A stretch of DNA of 64,000 bases from a bacterium (GTDB lineage Bacteria; J088; JAWLBW01): the NCBI GenBank assembly GCA_041690355.1, contig JAWLHK010000008.1:7374-71373 (forward strand), given 5' to 3'. The notes below the pieces were generated by a model. The model was not told where the DNA came from, did no database searches, and worked only from the letters and a program-made list of their open reading frames with translations. Position numbers and translations under genes: made by a program. Below, in pieces: positions 9,098 through 18,534 of this stretch. How positions within the stretch are numbered: the first letter of the stretch is position 1; every line of letters starts with the position of its first letter.

Positions 9098-10606
9098 CTA
9101 CGTGGGGAAATTGCCCGCCAGGTGACGCGCGTTGCGCACGGCGAGCGCCATGATCGACTCCTGCGGATTCACGCCGATGGGGCTCGGGAAGAGGCTCGCG
9201 TCCGACACGTACAGATTCCGCAGTTCGTGCAGGCGCCCCCAGTTGTCGACCACCGAGCGATCGGGATAGGCGCCCATCTGCAGCGTGCCCATGATGTGCA
9301 CGGTGAGCACCTCGGTGTCGCGCTTCTTGATCCCCGGGTCGAAGATCTTCGGGATCTCGTCGGGCGAGCTGATTTCGGGTAAGTGGGCGAACGGCAGCAG
9401 AACCCGTTTCGCCCCCGCGGCGAAATTGAGCTGCGCCGCCAGCGCCGTGCCCCGCTTCAATAGATAGAAGTCGTAGTCGTTCAGGTTGTACTGGAGAATG
9501 GCGGAACCCTTGGGCCCGAGCTTCACGCGGCCGCGGCTCGTGTCTTCGATCAGGCAGCCGTTGATCAGCATGTGGTTGAACTGATCCATCAGATCGGCCA
9601 TGGCCCGGCCGTACTGCGGCAGCGTGAGGGCGATGAGCCCCGGCGGTACGCCCGCGGTGGCCAGCACGATGCCCTCTTCGATGAATTCGTGCACCTGGTG
9701 CGACTGGTGCACACCCTTCCACGAGCTGACGTCTTCGTCGAAGATCCCGATGGCCTTCGCGTTCGGATGCAATTGAAGATTCCGCCCGAGCTGTCCGCTG
9801 CGCGAGCGGATGCCGCTGCGCAGGAGCAGCGCGGGAGATTCTCCGGCCCCGCCCGAAACTACGACGACCTTCGCATGCACGCGCACGCGGTGCGACCGGT
9901 TGTTGAAGTCGTCGACCATGTAAGCCTCGACCCCTGTCGCCTTGTCCCCCTTCCACAGAATCTTCTCGACGCGGCAGTTCGCGATCAGCTTCGCGCCGTG
10001 CTTCCACGCGAGGGGAAGAAAGGAAAAGAGCGTGCCCTGCTTGGCGCCGGTCGGGCAGCCGATCACGCACAGGTTGGCGCCCGCGCAGTGCAGCTGGTTG
10101 CGCCGATCGGGGGTCACCTTCCACCCCAATTTGCGCGCTCCTTCGGCGTGCAGGTGGTTGTCGCGGCCCAGCGACTCGGGATCCTGTTCGCGCACGTTCG
10201 CCCGCTCTTCGACGTACTCGAAGTAGGGCTCCATCTCCTTCGGGCTGATGTGGGTCATGCCCGCTTCCATCGCCCACTTGTCGAGCACGCGCTCGGGGGT
10301 GCGCCAGCACATGCCGCCGTTGATGACCGTGCTGCCCCCCACGGCGCGCCCTTCGGCGTAGGCCACGCTCGGGGCGCCGAAGGCCAGCGTGCCCCCGGCG
10401 TTACGGTAGAGCTTCTTCAGCATCTCGGCGGTGCGGTGCGTGTAATCCTCGGTGCGCCAGTAGCCGCCTTCTTCGAGGATGAGCACGCTGTAGCCCGCCT
10501 GCGCCATCTCGGCCGCAAACGGGGCCCCGCCGGCGCCGCTGCCGATGACGACGACGTCGACGCTCTCCTCAAGATTCCGATTGACGTCGGCGGATGTCAT
10601 CACCAT
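9098..10606 (-). CDS. GMC family FAD-dependent oxidoreductase
   Basis: N-terminal GSGAGG FAD-binding motif; GMC C-terminal region; overlaps upstream small gene by about 30 nt. Confidence 0.85.
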   Translation of the reverse strand: MVMTSADVNRNLEESVDVVVIGSGAGGAPFAAEMAQAGYSVLILEEGGYWRTEDYTHRTAEMLKKLYRNAGGTLAFGAPSVAYAEGRAVGGSTVINGGMCWRTPERVLDKWAMEAGMTHISPKEMEPYFEYVEERANVREQDPESLGRDNHLHAEGARKLGWKVTPDRRNQLHCAGANLCVIGCPTGAKQGTLFSFLPLAWKHGAKLIANCRVEKILWKGDKATGVEAYMVDDFNNRSHRVRVHAKVVVVSGGAGESPALLLRSGIRSRSGQLGRNLQLHPNAKAIGIFDEDVSSWKGVHQSHQVHEFIEEGIVLATAGVPPGLIALTLPQYGRAMADLMDQFNHMLINGCLIEDTSRGRVKLGPKGSAILQYNLNDYDFYLLKRGTALAAQLNFAAGAKRVLLPFAHLPEISSPDEIPKIFDPGIKKRDTEVLTVHIMGTLQMGAYPDRSVVDNWGRLHELRNLYVSDASLFPSPIGVNPQESIMALAVRNARHLAGNFPT

Positions 10607-11090
10607 AGGTCGCGAGCCTCCGGGCTTGAATGGTTTGCACATGCGAGACGGGGTCGTAATGGATGTGCCGCATGACTTCGGGGTGCTGGTAGAAGCCCAT
10701 GAGCACGACCCCCTTGAGCCCCTTCATCATGTCGCGCTTCCACCAGAACCGCGATTCGGTCCAGCCGGCCATGTAGCGCTCCTGCCGTTCCCGCGAAAGC
10801 ATCGTGAACGGCAGCGGCAGGCCGCTCCACAGGATGGCGGCGAACTGGAAGATCCAGACGCCGATGGGGAAGCCGAGCTTGAGCAGCGGCGGAAGATAGC
10901 GCACGAAGTTGTCGACGAAGTTGACGAGATCGTCGGTGCACTCCACGCGCAGCTTCTCGTTGCGGGGGAGCAGCACGTCGGTCATGGCGCGCAGAATGTA
11001 CCGGGTCCCGCGGCCGAGGTAGCGCTTCCCGGGGGGATGGAAATCCGCGGGGAGCGGCTCGGTGGCCGCCGGGGCGACAGAGTCGATCAT
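10569..11090 (-). CDS. Hypothetical protein, operon partner of the GMC oxidoreductase
   Basis: 173-aa ORF translationally coupled between the GntR gene and the GMC oxidoreductase; no recognisable motif. Confidence 0.5.
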   Translation of the reverse strand: MIDSVAPAATEPLPADFHPPGKRYLGRGTRYILRAMTDVLLPRNEKLRVECTDDLVNFVDNFVRYLPPLLKLGFPIGVWIFQFAAILWSGLPLPFTMLSRERQERYMAGWTESRFWWKRDMMKGLKGVVLMGFYQHPEVMRHIHYDPVSHVQTIQARRLATYGDDIRRRQSES

Positions 11091-11779
11091 GCCACCTCCT
11101 GAAGGCCCAGACCACGCAGCACGGCGTCGTCATGGGCGGCGAAATAGGTTTGCAGTTCCACCACGGCCCGCCGTTCGCGGCGCCGGGCGACCGCGTCGAG
11201 CACGGCGTTCATGCGCGCCGGGTAGTCGGCGGGGGGCACGATGACCGACGCGAAGCGGTCCACGAAGCTCTGGAAGGTTCCGACGGCGGAGTTGAGGAGC
11301 CACAGCGCGGGGGGAAAGTCGCTGCGCAGGGCCAGCAGCCGGTAGACTTCGAAGTCGGCGTGCGCGAAGGCCGCGCTGTCGCTCCGCAGGTTCCACGCGG
11401 CGGCGACGAGCGCGCGCGCTTCTTCTGCCGTGCCCCCCGGCGCGTAGACGGCGGCGAGGCGCACGACCTCGAGGCACGGCATGGTGCGGAAGTGCAGCAG
11501 CTCGCGCACCAGACGCGCAAAGGGGATGCCGGGGGCGCCGCAACGCAGGTAATGGGGAAGCAGATCCAGGGTCGCCGTGCGCCGCCAGTCGAGCACGCGG
11601 GTCCCGCTTCCCTGCTGCGACTGGATGAGCCCCAGGGCCTCGAGCCGCGCGATGGCCTCGCGCAATGCCGGCCGGCCCACCCCGAGCTCGGCGGCAAGGA
11701 GCCGCTCGGGGGGGAGCGTGGCGAGCGGGGCGTAGTGCCCCGAAACGATCCGCCCGATGAGTTCTTCGAAAAGGTCCAT
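11087..11779 (-). CDS. GntR family transcriptional regulator (FadR/FCD C-terminal domain)
   Basis: N-terminal GntR HTH (LPPERLLAAELGVGRPALREAIARLEALGLI) plus FCD-like C-terminus; start MDLFEEL. Confidence 0.8.
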   Translation of the reverse strand: MDLFEELIGRIVSGHYAPLATLPPERLLAAELGVGRPALREAIARLEALGLIQSQQGSGTRVLDWRRTATLDLLPHYLRCGAPGIPFARLVRELLHFRTMPCLEVVRLAAVYAPGGTAEEARALVAAAWNLRSDSAAFAHADFEVYRLLALRSDFPPALWLLNSAVGTFQSFVDRFASVIVPPADYPARMNAVLDAVARRRERRAVVELQTYFAAHDDAVLRGLGLQEVA

Positions 11780-11966
11780 GGTCCCCGTCGTGGTACGGGT
11801 TGCTCCGGCGCTTGGTCCGACCAATTGGTAAGACCACTTCGATCCTACCACGGGCCACCCGGCTATGGGAAGATCAATTTCCCACGTGCAACCGGCTCGC
11901 TGTGCGCCGCGTCATAGCGGTCAGCGATGCAAATGGTTTACACTGACTCGATTCAGGAGTGTTACC

Positions 11967-12569
11967 GTGTACGAAGCGATATTCGTAGAACCGTGGCCCT
12001 GGTGGGCCGGCGGCGTGGCCCTCGGGCTGTTCACGGCACTGTACGCATGGATCTACAACAAGCGCATCGGTGCCTCGGGTGCTTTCGAGAACGCGCTGCG
12101 CGAGTGGAACCGGCCGCTGATCCGCAAGCCGGAGGCACAGATGAGCCTCGATGAGGCCGCGTGGAAACTGGCGCTCGATCAGGGGCTCGATCCGAAGGCG
12201 CTCGGCCTGACGGCGCCGGTCGCGAAGGGCCCCGTTGCGACGAAAGAGTTCATTGAAATGAACCCGCGGGTGTTTCTCCCTGGCATTCTGGTGGGTGCGC
12301 TTATCGGCGCTCTGATTGCGGGTTCCGAAACGACTTTCGCCCCGGGGCTCGGCTTCGGCGAACTGTTTCCCATCGGCACGGTCGGACAGTCGCTCGTGCT
12401 GCTCGTCGGCGGCATTTTCGCAGGGCTCGGTGCGCGCCTCGCCGGAGGTTGCCCCAGCGGGCATGGCCTCGGCGGACTTTCGACCTTCGAGGCCTCGAGT
12501 TTTCTTGCGGTGGCCGGCTATTTCACATCCGGGATCGCGCTGACCTTTCTTCTGCGGGCGCTCGTATGA
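11967..12569 (+). CDS. YeeE/YedE family sulfur-compound transporter, N-terminal half-protein
   Basis: Conserved GGCxSG motif (LAGGCPSGHGL); GTG start after AGGAGTG SD. Confidence 0.7.
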   Translation: MYEAIFVEPWPWWAGGVALGLFTALYAWIYNKRIGASGAFENALREWNRPLIRKPEAQMSLDEAAWKLALDQGLDPKALGLTAPVAKGPVATKEFIEMNPRVFLPGILVGALIGALIAGSETTFAPGLGFGELFPIGTVGQSLVLLVGGIFAGLGARLAGGCPSGHGLGGLSTFEASSFLAVAGYFTSGIALTFLLRALV

Positions 12570-12994
12570 AGTCGGCAGGCATTGCACTGGTCCTGGGCCT
12601 GGTTTATGGTTGGATCATCAGCCGTTCGGGCATTGCGCAGTTCGAGCACATTACAGGAATGTTCTCCCTGACCGATTTCCACATGTTCGGCGTGCTCGGC
12701 GTCGCGGTTCCGGTCGCCGGACTCATCAAGTGGCTGCTCAAGGGAAGGCCCACCTTGAACGGCGAACCGTTTGCCCTCACGAAGAAGGTCCTTCACAGGG
12801 GCAACTATATCGGGGGCATGATCTTCGGTGCCGGCTGGGCCGTCACGGGGGCCTGCCCGGGCACCTCGCTGGGGCAGCTGGGCACGCTGCACTGGGGCGC
12901 AATCTTTACCTTGATCGGCATTGCGATCGGCGTTCTGCTGTATCGTCCGGTCAATCGGCACGTATTCAAATGGTCGACCGACAGCTGCGGTTGA
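12566..12994 (+). CDS. YeeE/YedE family transporter, second half-protein
   Basis: GACPG motif (VTGACPGTSLG); ATGA overlap with the preceding gene. Confidence 0.7.
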   Translation: MKSAGIALVLGLVYGWIISRSGIAQFEHITGMFSLTDFHMFGVLGVAVPVAGLIKWLLKGRPTLNGEPFALTKKVLHRGNYIGGMIFGAGWAVTGACPGTSLGQLGTLHWGAIFTLIGIAIGVLLYRPVNRHVFKWSTDSCG

Positions 12995-13011
12995 CGGGGA
13001 GTCTATCTATC

Positions 13012-13224
13012 ATGAGCGATCAATCACAGGGCGCCACGACCTGCACGCATCTGGCCACCTGCCCCATGTTCAAGGTTTTCGCCTCGCAGGCGAGCGGCAA
13101 CATCTTCCGCCGGATCTACTGCGAGAGCAATTATCAGGGGTGCGCCCGGTATCAGAAGAGCGAAAAGGGCGAAAGCGTCTCGGACTACCTTCTTCCGAAC
13201 GGCACCTTTCTCGCCGGTCGATAG
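13012..13224 (+). CDS. Small Cys-rich protein (70 aa) downstream of the YeeE/YedE pair
   Basis: Four Cys (CTHLATCPMF...YCESNYQGC); GGGAG SD; lacks the TusA CPxP motif, so not called TusA. Confidence 0.5.
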   Translation: MSDQSQGATTCTHLATCPMFKVFASQASGNIFRRIYCESNYQGCARYQKSEKGESVSDYLLPNGTFLAGR

Positions 13225-13358
13225 GGGCCGACTCGCAACGCCCATCCATCCGCATCGGCATCCCGGCTCGCAGCCCGCGCTGCGGCCGGGTACCCGAGCC
13301 CCCGCCCACCCTGCACTGAAGTTCCCCCCGGGCCCGCATCCGCGTTAGCCTGAGGGCA

Positions 13359-13925
13359 ATGGCATGTCGCAGACTCATCTTCCTCGCCGGCGCCGTCGGG
13401 ATCGGCTTCTTCCCCAGCCTCTTGCAGGCCCAGGAAGCGGCCCCTCCCGCGGCCGTGACCGCACCTGTCGAAACCGATGGGGCAGCCGCGCCGGCCGTCA
13501 TGGGACCGGCAGGCGTAACTGAAGAAGCGCTCGTCCCGTATCCTCCGGGCGTTACCGAAGCGCTCGATGCGCGGGCGCGCCTGCTCGACCAGCGGGAGGA
13601 GCTGCTCGAAGAGCGCGCGGTTTTTCTGGATGAGCGCGAAGATTACCTGCTCGATCGCGAAGACGTGCTGACGCAGCGGGAGCAGGCGCTGCTCGATCGC
13701 GAGCAGGCGCTGGCCGAGCTGCAGGAGTCGTTGCGGCTCGAGCGCGAACGTATCGTGGCCGAGCCCTCTGTGCGCGACGTCTACCCCGGCGGGCGGGAGT
13801 GGGTCGACCCCGATGTCTTTGCGCCCGGTCCCCAGGAGTTTGTGCCCGGAACTGAAGAAGAGTTCTCGCCCGGCTTCGGCACGGGCTTCTTCAGCTCGCC
13901 GCCCGAAGAGCCCGACGAGCCGTAG
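13359..13925 (+). CDS. Secreted coiled-coil hypothetical protein
   Basis: Signal-like N-terminus followed by REE/LLD heptad-rich region. Confidence 0.5.
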   Translation: MACRRLIFLAGAVGIGFFPSLLQAQEAAPPAAVTAPVETDGAAAPAVMGPAGVTEEALVPYPPGVTEALDARARLLDQREELLEERAVFLDEREDYLLDREDVLTQREQALLDREQALAELQESLRLERERIVAEPSVRDVYPGGREWVDPDVFAPGPQEFVPGTEEEFSPGFGTGFFSSPPEEPDEP

Positions 13926-13930
13926 GGGGC

Positions 13931-14341
13931 TCAGTCGGGTTTGGGCCGGTCAGGATGCTCCCGGACTTCTTGAGCCTTCTCCAGAAAAAACTGTTCCACC
14001 CGATCGACTTCTTCATGCACCAGCGCCATGGAGCGCCAGGTCCACCGCTCGAACATTTCTGGTTGCAGGAGGCCGAACTCGAGGCCGGCCCGCAAGCCCC
14101 GTTCGACTTGATTCATATACCCGCGAAGAAACCGCTGCAGCTGCGCCTCTTCCGGCGTTCCGGGTCTGGGTGGCGCCGGGGCCGACGGTTTTTCACCGAC
14201 GTGAAACTCGAGCGTCAGGCTCGACAGCTCGATATGGATGCCGAGCACAGGCGTCTTCAACGTCGCCGCCCGTGCGGCCACGCGGTACTCCACCACCCGC
14301 AGCAGTTCACGGATGGCCCCCTCGGCTTCTTCGCGGTTCAT
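13931..14341 (-). CDS. Hypothetical protein
   Basis: 136-aa ORF convergent with the previous gene; no motif recognised. Confidence 0.4.
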   Translation of the reverse strand: MNREEAEGAIRELLRVVEYRVAARAATLKTPVLGIHIELSSLTLEFHVGEKPSAPAPPRPGTPEEAQLQRFLRGYMNQVERGLRAGLEFGLLQPEMFERWTWRSMALVHEEVDRVEQFFLEKAQEVREHPDRPKPD

Positions 14342-14412
14342 CCCTTAGCATGGTCACGGCAGACGGCCGTGGAGTCAAGGAGGTCGAAGGCCGATCGATT
14401 GGGCAACGCAGG

Positions 14413-14624
14413 CTACAGGTCAGTCGGAGTAAGACCCGTGTGCCGTGCTATCCGCGCGAGCATCCGGGGGCCGATTTCATCGCCGTCGTGGAAGGCAAAG
14501 ACGAAGTCGTGCCACTTTCCCGCTTCATTACCTGGTGGGATCCCGTTTGTTGATCAATCCTCCAACCGATGGCAAGGAGAGCCTTCCGGAGGCGGCGGGC
14601 CTTGACCGTCGGCCAGGCGCTCAT
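14413..14624 (-). pseudogene. hicA: hicA toxin gene (HicA/YcfA-like), frameshifted
   Basis: ATG overlaps hicB stop (ATGA). Frame 1 gives MSAWPTVKARRLRKALLAIGWRIDQQTGSHQVMKRE (HicA N-terminus with GSH). The C-terminal HicA-like part KWHDFVFAFHDGDEIGPRMLARIARHTGLTPTDL continues in another frame after the GGGAAAG run near 14515-14521. Confidence 0.55.
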
Positions 14625-14827
14625 GCAGCGCGGGTACTGATGGTAATCGGCAGAGGCTTCAGTTCCTGATTTTCAAGGCGGTCGGCGATGACACGGAGAG
14701 CCAGAGTCTCTGCTTTTCGCATGGCCTCGTCGGCTCTTTCTCCGTAGGCCATTACCCCCGGAAGCTCCGGCACTTCAGCAAGCCAACGGCCATCTTCTTC
14801 CTGTTCGCACTCGAGCGTCAGATTCAT
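14621..14827 (-). CDS. hicB: HicB family antitoxin (UPF0150)
   Basis: MNLTLECEQEEDGRWLAEVPELPGVMAYGERADEAMRKAETLALRVI matches the HicB/UPF0150 pattern (EDGgy.a.vPeLPG). Confidence 0.7.
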   Translation of the reverse strand: MNLTLECEQEEDGRWLAEVPELPGVMAYGERADEAMRKAETLALRVIADRLENQELKPLPITISTRAA

Positions 14828-15178
14828 GCTTTGATTGTAGCAGGGTGTTGAAATATTCCCGCGAGCGCGCACATGGAGCGTTTTCAGGCGTCTGCAAGGC
14901 GCGACGAGGAGTCGATGTGGTGCATCGGCGACGAGGGCGCAACGCAGCAGCCGCCTAGAAAAGCCCTGTGCCCTGAAAGGGTTAGGGCCGGCATGGCCGC
15001 ATCTGCTGCGTTGCCGCGCCTCGACAGACCACCGGTATGCCTTCGGCGCGGACGCCTTGCATCTGCAAGCCATGGCGGCCCTAACGCGCCGCGCGGAATA
15101 TTTCAACATCCTGCTTACTCCAGATGGTGAAAATACGAGTGCTCTCAGGGGTCGTTGATGCGGAACCGTGCCCGCCCT

Positions 15179-16336
15179 CTACGGCAGCGCCAGGCGGAAC
15201 AGCTTGCGCACGACGCTTCCAAACTGCTTCCCGAGCGGGCCCGTGTTGTAGGGAAGTCCGTGCTTCTCGCAGAGCGCGCGTACTTCTTCCGCAATTTCCG
15301 CATAGCGGTGCGCCGGCAGGTCGGGAAAGAGGTGATGCTCGATCTGATGGCTGAGGTTGCCCGACATGATGTGGAACAGCGGGCCGCCCTCGATGTTGGC
15401 CGAGCCGAGCAGCTGCCGCAGGTACCAGTGGCCGCGCGACTCGTTCTCGCATTCCTCTTCGGTGAACACCGCGACGCCGTCGGGAAAGTGGCCGCAGAAG
15501 ATGATCATGAAGGCCCACAGGTTGCGGGCGACGTTCGCGGTCGCATTTCCCGCGAGCACGGGCAGAAATCCCGGGCCGGCGAGCAGCGGAAACAGCACGT
15601 AATCCTTGAGCGCCTGCCGGCTCCCCTTGCGCCAGACGCCGCGCGCCAGCGGAAGGATCTCGCGGATTGGCCGCTTGCCGCTCACGACCCGGTTCACTTC
15701 CAGATCGTGCAGGGCGATGCCCCACTGGAAGAGCACGGCCAGCCAGAAGGCGTTCAGCGGATTCAGCAGAAAGAATGGACTCCAGCGCTGCTCCTCCGAG
15801 ATGCGCACCTGGCCGTAGCCGATGTCGCGGTCCTTGCCGAGAATGTTCGTGTACGTGTGGTGCATGTAGTTGTGCGAATGCCGCCACTGATCGGCCGGAC
15901 ACGCCGTGTCCCACTCGAAGCGCTTCGAGTCGAGGGCCGGATCGCGCATCCAGTCGTACTGCCCGTGCATGATGTTGTGGCCGATCTCCATGTTGTCGAG
16001 AATCTTGGAGACCGACAGGGCGGCCGTGCCCGCCAGCCAGGCCGGGGGAAACAGGCCGAGCATGAGCAGCAGCCGCCCCGACAGCTCGAGGCCGCGCTGC
16101 GTCTTGAGCAGCTTGCGGATATAGCGCGCGTCGCGTTCCCCCAGATCGGCCAGCACGCGCTCGCGGATGGCGTCCAGCTCGGCCGCGAAGGCGTCCAGAT
16201 CGACGCCGGTCGCAGCTGCGGTTCGCTGTATTCGCGCTTCGTCGGGCGTGCGGAATGACGCGGTATGGGGCGCCGTCGTTTCGGTAGTCGTGTTCAACAT
16301 TGGTTCCTCACTGGGGTTCCTCACAGGGTTCCTCAC
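15179..16336 (-). CDS. Membrane fatty-acid desaturase (acyl-CoA/acyl-lipid desaturase, DesA3-like)
   Basis: Three His boxes (HNIMHG, HSHNYMHH, HQIEHHLFP); ATGA overlap with the upstream reductase. Confidence 0.85.
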   Translation of the reverse strand: MRNPVRNPSEEPMLNTTTETTAPHTASFRTPDEARIQRTAAATGVDLDAFAAELDAIRERVLADLGERDARYIRKLLKTQRGLELSGRLLLMLGLFPPAWLAGTAALSVSKILDNMEIGHNIMHGQYDWMRDPALDSKRFEWDTACPADQWRHSHNYMHHTYTNILGKDRDIGYGQVRISEEQRWSPFFLLNPLNAFWLAVLFQWGIALHDLEVNRVVSGKRPIREILPLARGVWRKGSRQALKDYVLFPLLAGPGFLPVLAGNATANVARNLWAFMIIFCGHFPDGVAVFTEEECENESRGHWYLRQLLGSANIEGGPLFHIMSGNLSHQIEHHLFPDLPAHRYAEIAEEVRALCEKHGLPYNTGPLGKQFGSVVRKLFRLALP

Positions 16337-17457
16337 AGGTCCAGGGTGACGTCGCCGACGGGTACCGAGACGCAGAGCTGAATCTCTTCGTCCGCTTCCG
16401 CCGAAACGGCGCCGGTCAGCAGATTACGCACGGTGCCGCTCGTCTTGCGGCACTTGCAGGTATGGCAGATGCCCATCCTGCATCCCGATTCGGGATTCAG
16501 GCCCGCGGCTTCGGCGCGCTCGAGCAGCGTGCCCGCGGCGGGAAGCGCGACGACGTTGGCGCGCGAGAAGCGGACCGCGCCTCCTGCATCTCCGTCAGCG
16601 TCCCGGGCCGGCGCGGCCGGAGCCACGAAGCGTTCCATGTGCAGCCGGTCGCCCCATCCCCGCGCATCCCAGAGGTTCTGCACGGCGTCGAGCATCCCCT
16701 GCGGTCCGCAGGCGAAGGTTGCGCAGGACGCCGCATCGGGAACGAGCGCATCCACATGTTCCGCGCAGAAACGGCCCTCGAGGGCGCCGGGCGATCCGGA
16801 TTCCGTGATGGGGTGGAACTCGGCCCGCGGCCAGGCGTGCCGCAAGGCGCGCAGCTCGGCGCCGAAGATGATGTCTTCCGGCGTGCGCGCGTAGTAGAGC
16901 AGCGTGATGCGTCCCTCGTAGAACTCGTCGTGCAGGGTGCGCAGCATCGACATGAGCGGCGTGATGCCGCTGCCGCCGCCGAGAAGAAGGATGCGCTCCG
17001 GGCGTTGCTCGGGCAGCGCGAACGATCCTTCGGCGGGCGAGAGTTCGACGACCATCCCCCGCTGCGCCCGGCGCACGAGAAAGCTCGACACGACGCCGCC
17101 TCGGTTTTCGCGAATGGTGACCGTCAGTCGCTCGCGCGGCCCGTGCGCCGAAGAGGAAACGGAAAAGCAGCGCGTGCGGCGGACGCCGTCGACGTCGACC
17201 CCCAGGCGCACGTACTGGCCGGCGCGGAATCCGGACCAGCGGGCGTTGGGCGCGAGCACGAGCGTCACCGTGTCTTCGGTTTCATAGCGGATGTCGACGA
17301 TGCGCGCGCGGACCGATGCGAGCGACCAGGTCGGCGCGAAGGTTTCGACGAACCGGTGAGGCCCGTGCGGCCACGCGAGGCCGCCGGCGAGCGGTGTCGA
17401 GAGCAGCGCGTTGAGGCCGCGCTGAAGGGTGTCCTGAAAACGGGCGGAAGCAGACAT
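16333..17457 (-). CDS. Ferredoxin reductase-type oxidoreductase (FAD/NAD-binding domain plus 2Fe-2S ferredoxin domain), electron donor for the desaturase
   Basis: RxYS-like FAD motif, GGSGITP NAD motif, C-terminal CxxxxCxxC...C ferredoxin cluster (CRMGICHTCKC). Confidence 0.8.
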   Translation of the reverse strand: MSASARFQDTLQRGLNALLSTPLAGGLAWPHGPHRFVETFAPTWSLASVRARIVDIRYETEDTVTLVLAPNARWSGFRAGQYVRLGVDVDGVRRTRCFSVSSSAHGPRERLTVTIRENRGGVVSSFLVRRAQRGMVVELSPAEGSFALPEQRPERILLLGGGSGITPLMSMLRTLHDEFYEGRITLLYYARTPEDIIFGAELRALRHAWPRAEFHPITESGSPGALEGRFCAEHVDALVPDAASCATFACGPQGMLDAVQNLWDARGWGDRLHMERFVAPAAPARDADGDAGGAVRFSRANVVALPAAGTLLERAEAAGLNPESGCRMGICHTCKCRKTSGTVRNLLTGAVSAEADEEIQLCVSVPVGDVTLDL

Positions 17458-17473
17458 GAGCGTTCTCCTCGGA

Positions 17474-17506
17474 GTGAACATATGTTCACAGTAAACAAGT
17501 GTTCAC
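17474..17506. promoter_or_regulatory. Two tandem perfect palindromes GTGAACATATGTTCAC and GTAAACAAGTGTTCAC; candidate TetR operator in the divergent promoter
   Basis: Direct reading between the reductase-desaturase operon (-) and the TetR gene (+). Confidence 0.5.
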
Positions 17507-17640
17507 AGTATCTACCCGAAGCGGCCGATTTGTCAAGCGATCCGCATTACTTTTCTGTTTCCGTATGGGTTTCCACTAGTTAGCGCTCCTTTGCGCCACA
17601 TGGGAACAACGGGTAGACTGAGAATCCGGTAAACGCTCAT

Positions 17641-18354
17641 ATGCCTCGTGTTCCCAAAGCCCCGAAAGCCCCGAAAGCAAAAGACGCTTCGCCGCAGCGT
17701 GACGATCGCAAACAGCGCACGCGCCGCGCGCTGATGGACGCGGCGCTTCTGCTGCTCGAGGGCGATCGCAGTTTCGACAGCCTGAGTCTGCGCGAGGTTA
17801 CCCGCGATGCCGGCGTCGTGCCGGCCGCGTTCTACCGGCATTTCGCCGACATGGAGCAGCTCGGGCTTGCCCTGGTCGAGGAATCCTTCCACACGCTGCG
17901 GCAGCTCATGCGCGCGGCCCGCTCGGCGCCGGTTCCCGAGCGCCAGCTCGTGCACCGCTCGATCAACACGTACGTGCGCTACGTGCGCGCGCACCCCACG
18001 CACTTCCGCTTCATTCTTCGCGAGCGCTTCGGCGGCATGGCCTCGCTGCGCGCCTCGATCCGCGCTGAAATCCGCCTCTTCGTGAGCGAGCTCGCGACCG
18101 ATCTTTCGCGGTTTCCGAACTTCAACAAGTGGACGACCGAAGATCTCCAGATGGTCGCTTCGCTCATCGTGAACGCCGTTGTGGCCACGACCGAGCTGAC
18201 GCTCGATCTTCCGAACCACCGTCCCGACGAAGAAGCCGAGGTGGCGCGTCTGGCCGAACGCCAGCTGCTCCTCATCTTCATCGCCGCCCCCCACTGGCGC
18301 AGCACGCCGCACCCGCCGGCCAAGGCCGTTCGCCGCTACCGCGAAAGCGAGTGA
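17641..18354 (+). CDS. TetR family transcriptional regulator
   Basis: N-terminal TetR HTH (RTRRALMDAALLLLEGDRSFDSLSLREVTRDAGVVPAAFYRHF). Confidence 0.8.
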   Translation: MPRVPKAPKAPKAKDASPQRDDRKQRTRRALMDAALLLLEGDRSFDSLSLREVTRDAGVVPAAFYRHFADMEQLGLALVEESFHTLRQLMRAARSAPVPERQLVHRSINTYVRYVRAHPTHFRFILRERFGGMASLRASIRAEIRLFVSELATDLSRFPNFNKWTTEDLQMVASLIVNAVVATTELTLDLPNHRPDEEAEVARLAERQLLLIFIAAPHWRSTPHPPAKAVRRYRESE

Positions 18355-18425
18355 GCGCAATTGACAATTTACGATTGACGATTGACGATTTGCCGGACAG
18401 TACGACCTATCGGGCGGGGCCCGGC
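18355..18425. repeat. Heptamer tandem repeat block (TTGACAA TTTACGA TTGACGA TTGACGA)
   Basis: Direct reading; same unit as at 19470-19505, 35510-35540 and, inverted, at 39195-39225. Confidence 0.6.
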
Positions 18426-18534
18426 GCCGTACCCGATCACGAAGGAATAGAAAACGGTTCCGTAGAGCCATGTGATCCGCGAGGGGGACGGCGCGCGGCG
18501 CCGCGCAGGTCTCCTCGGCTACAATGATCGGCTC

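Noticed and set aside
8949-10310. 453-aa minus-strand ORF
   Set aside because: Alternative frame overlapping the GMC oxidoreductase gene. Arg/Pro/Gly-rich with no motifs.
13012-13224. Small Cys protein as TusA/YeeD
   Set aside because: Lacks the CPxP motif; kept as an unspecified Cys-rich protein.
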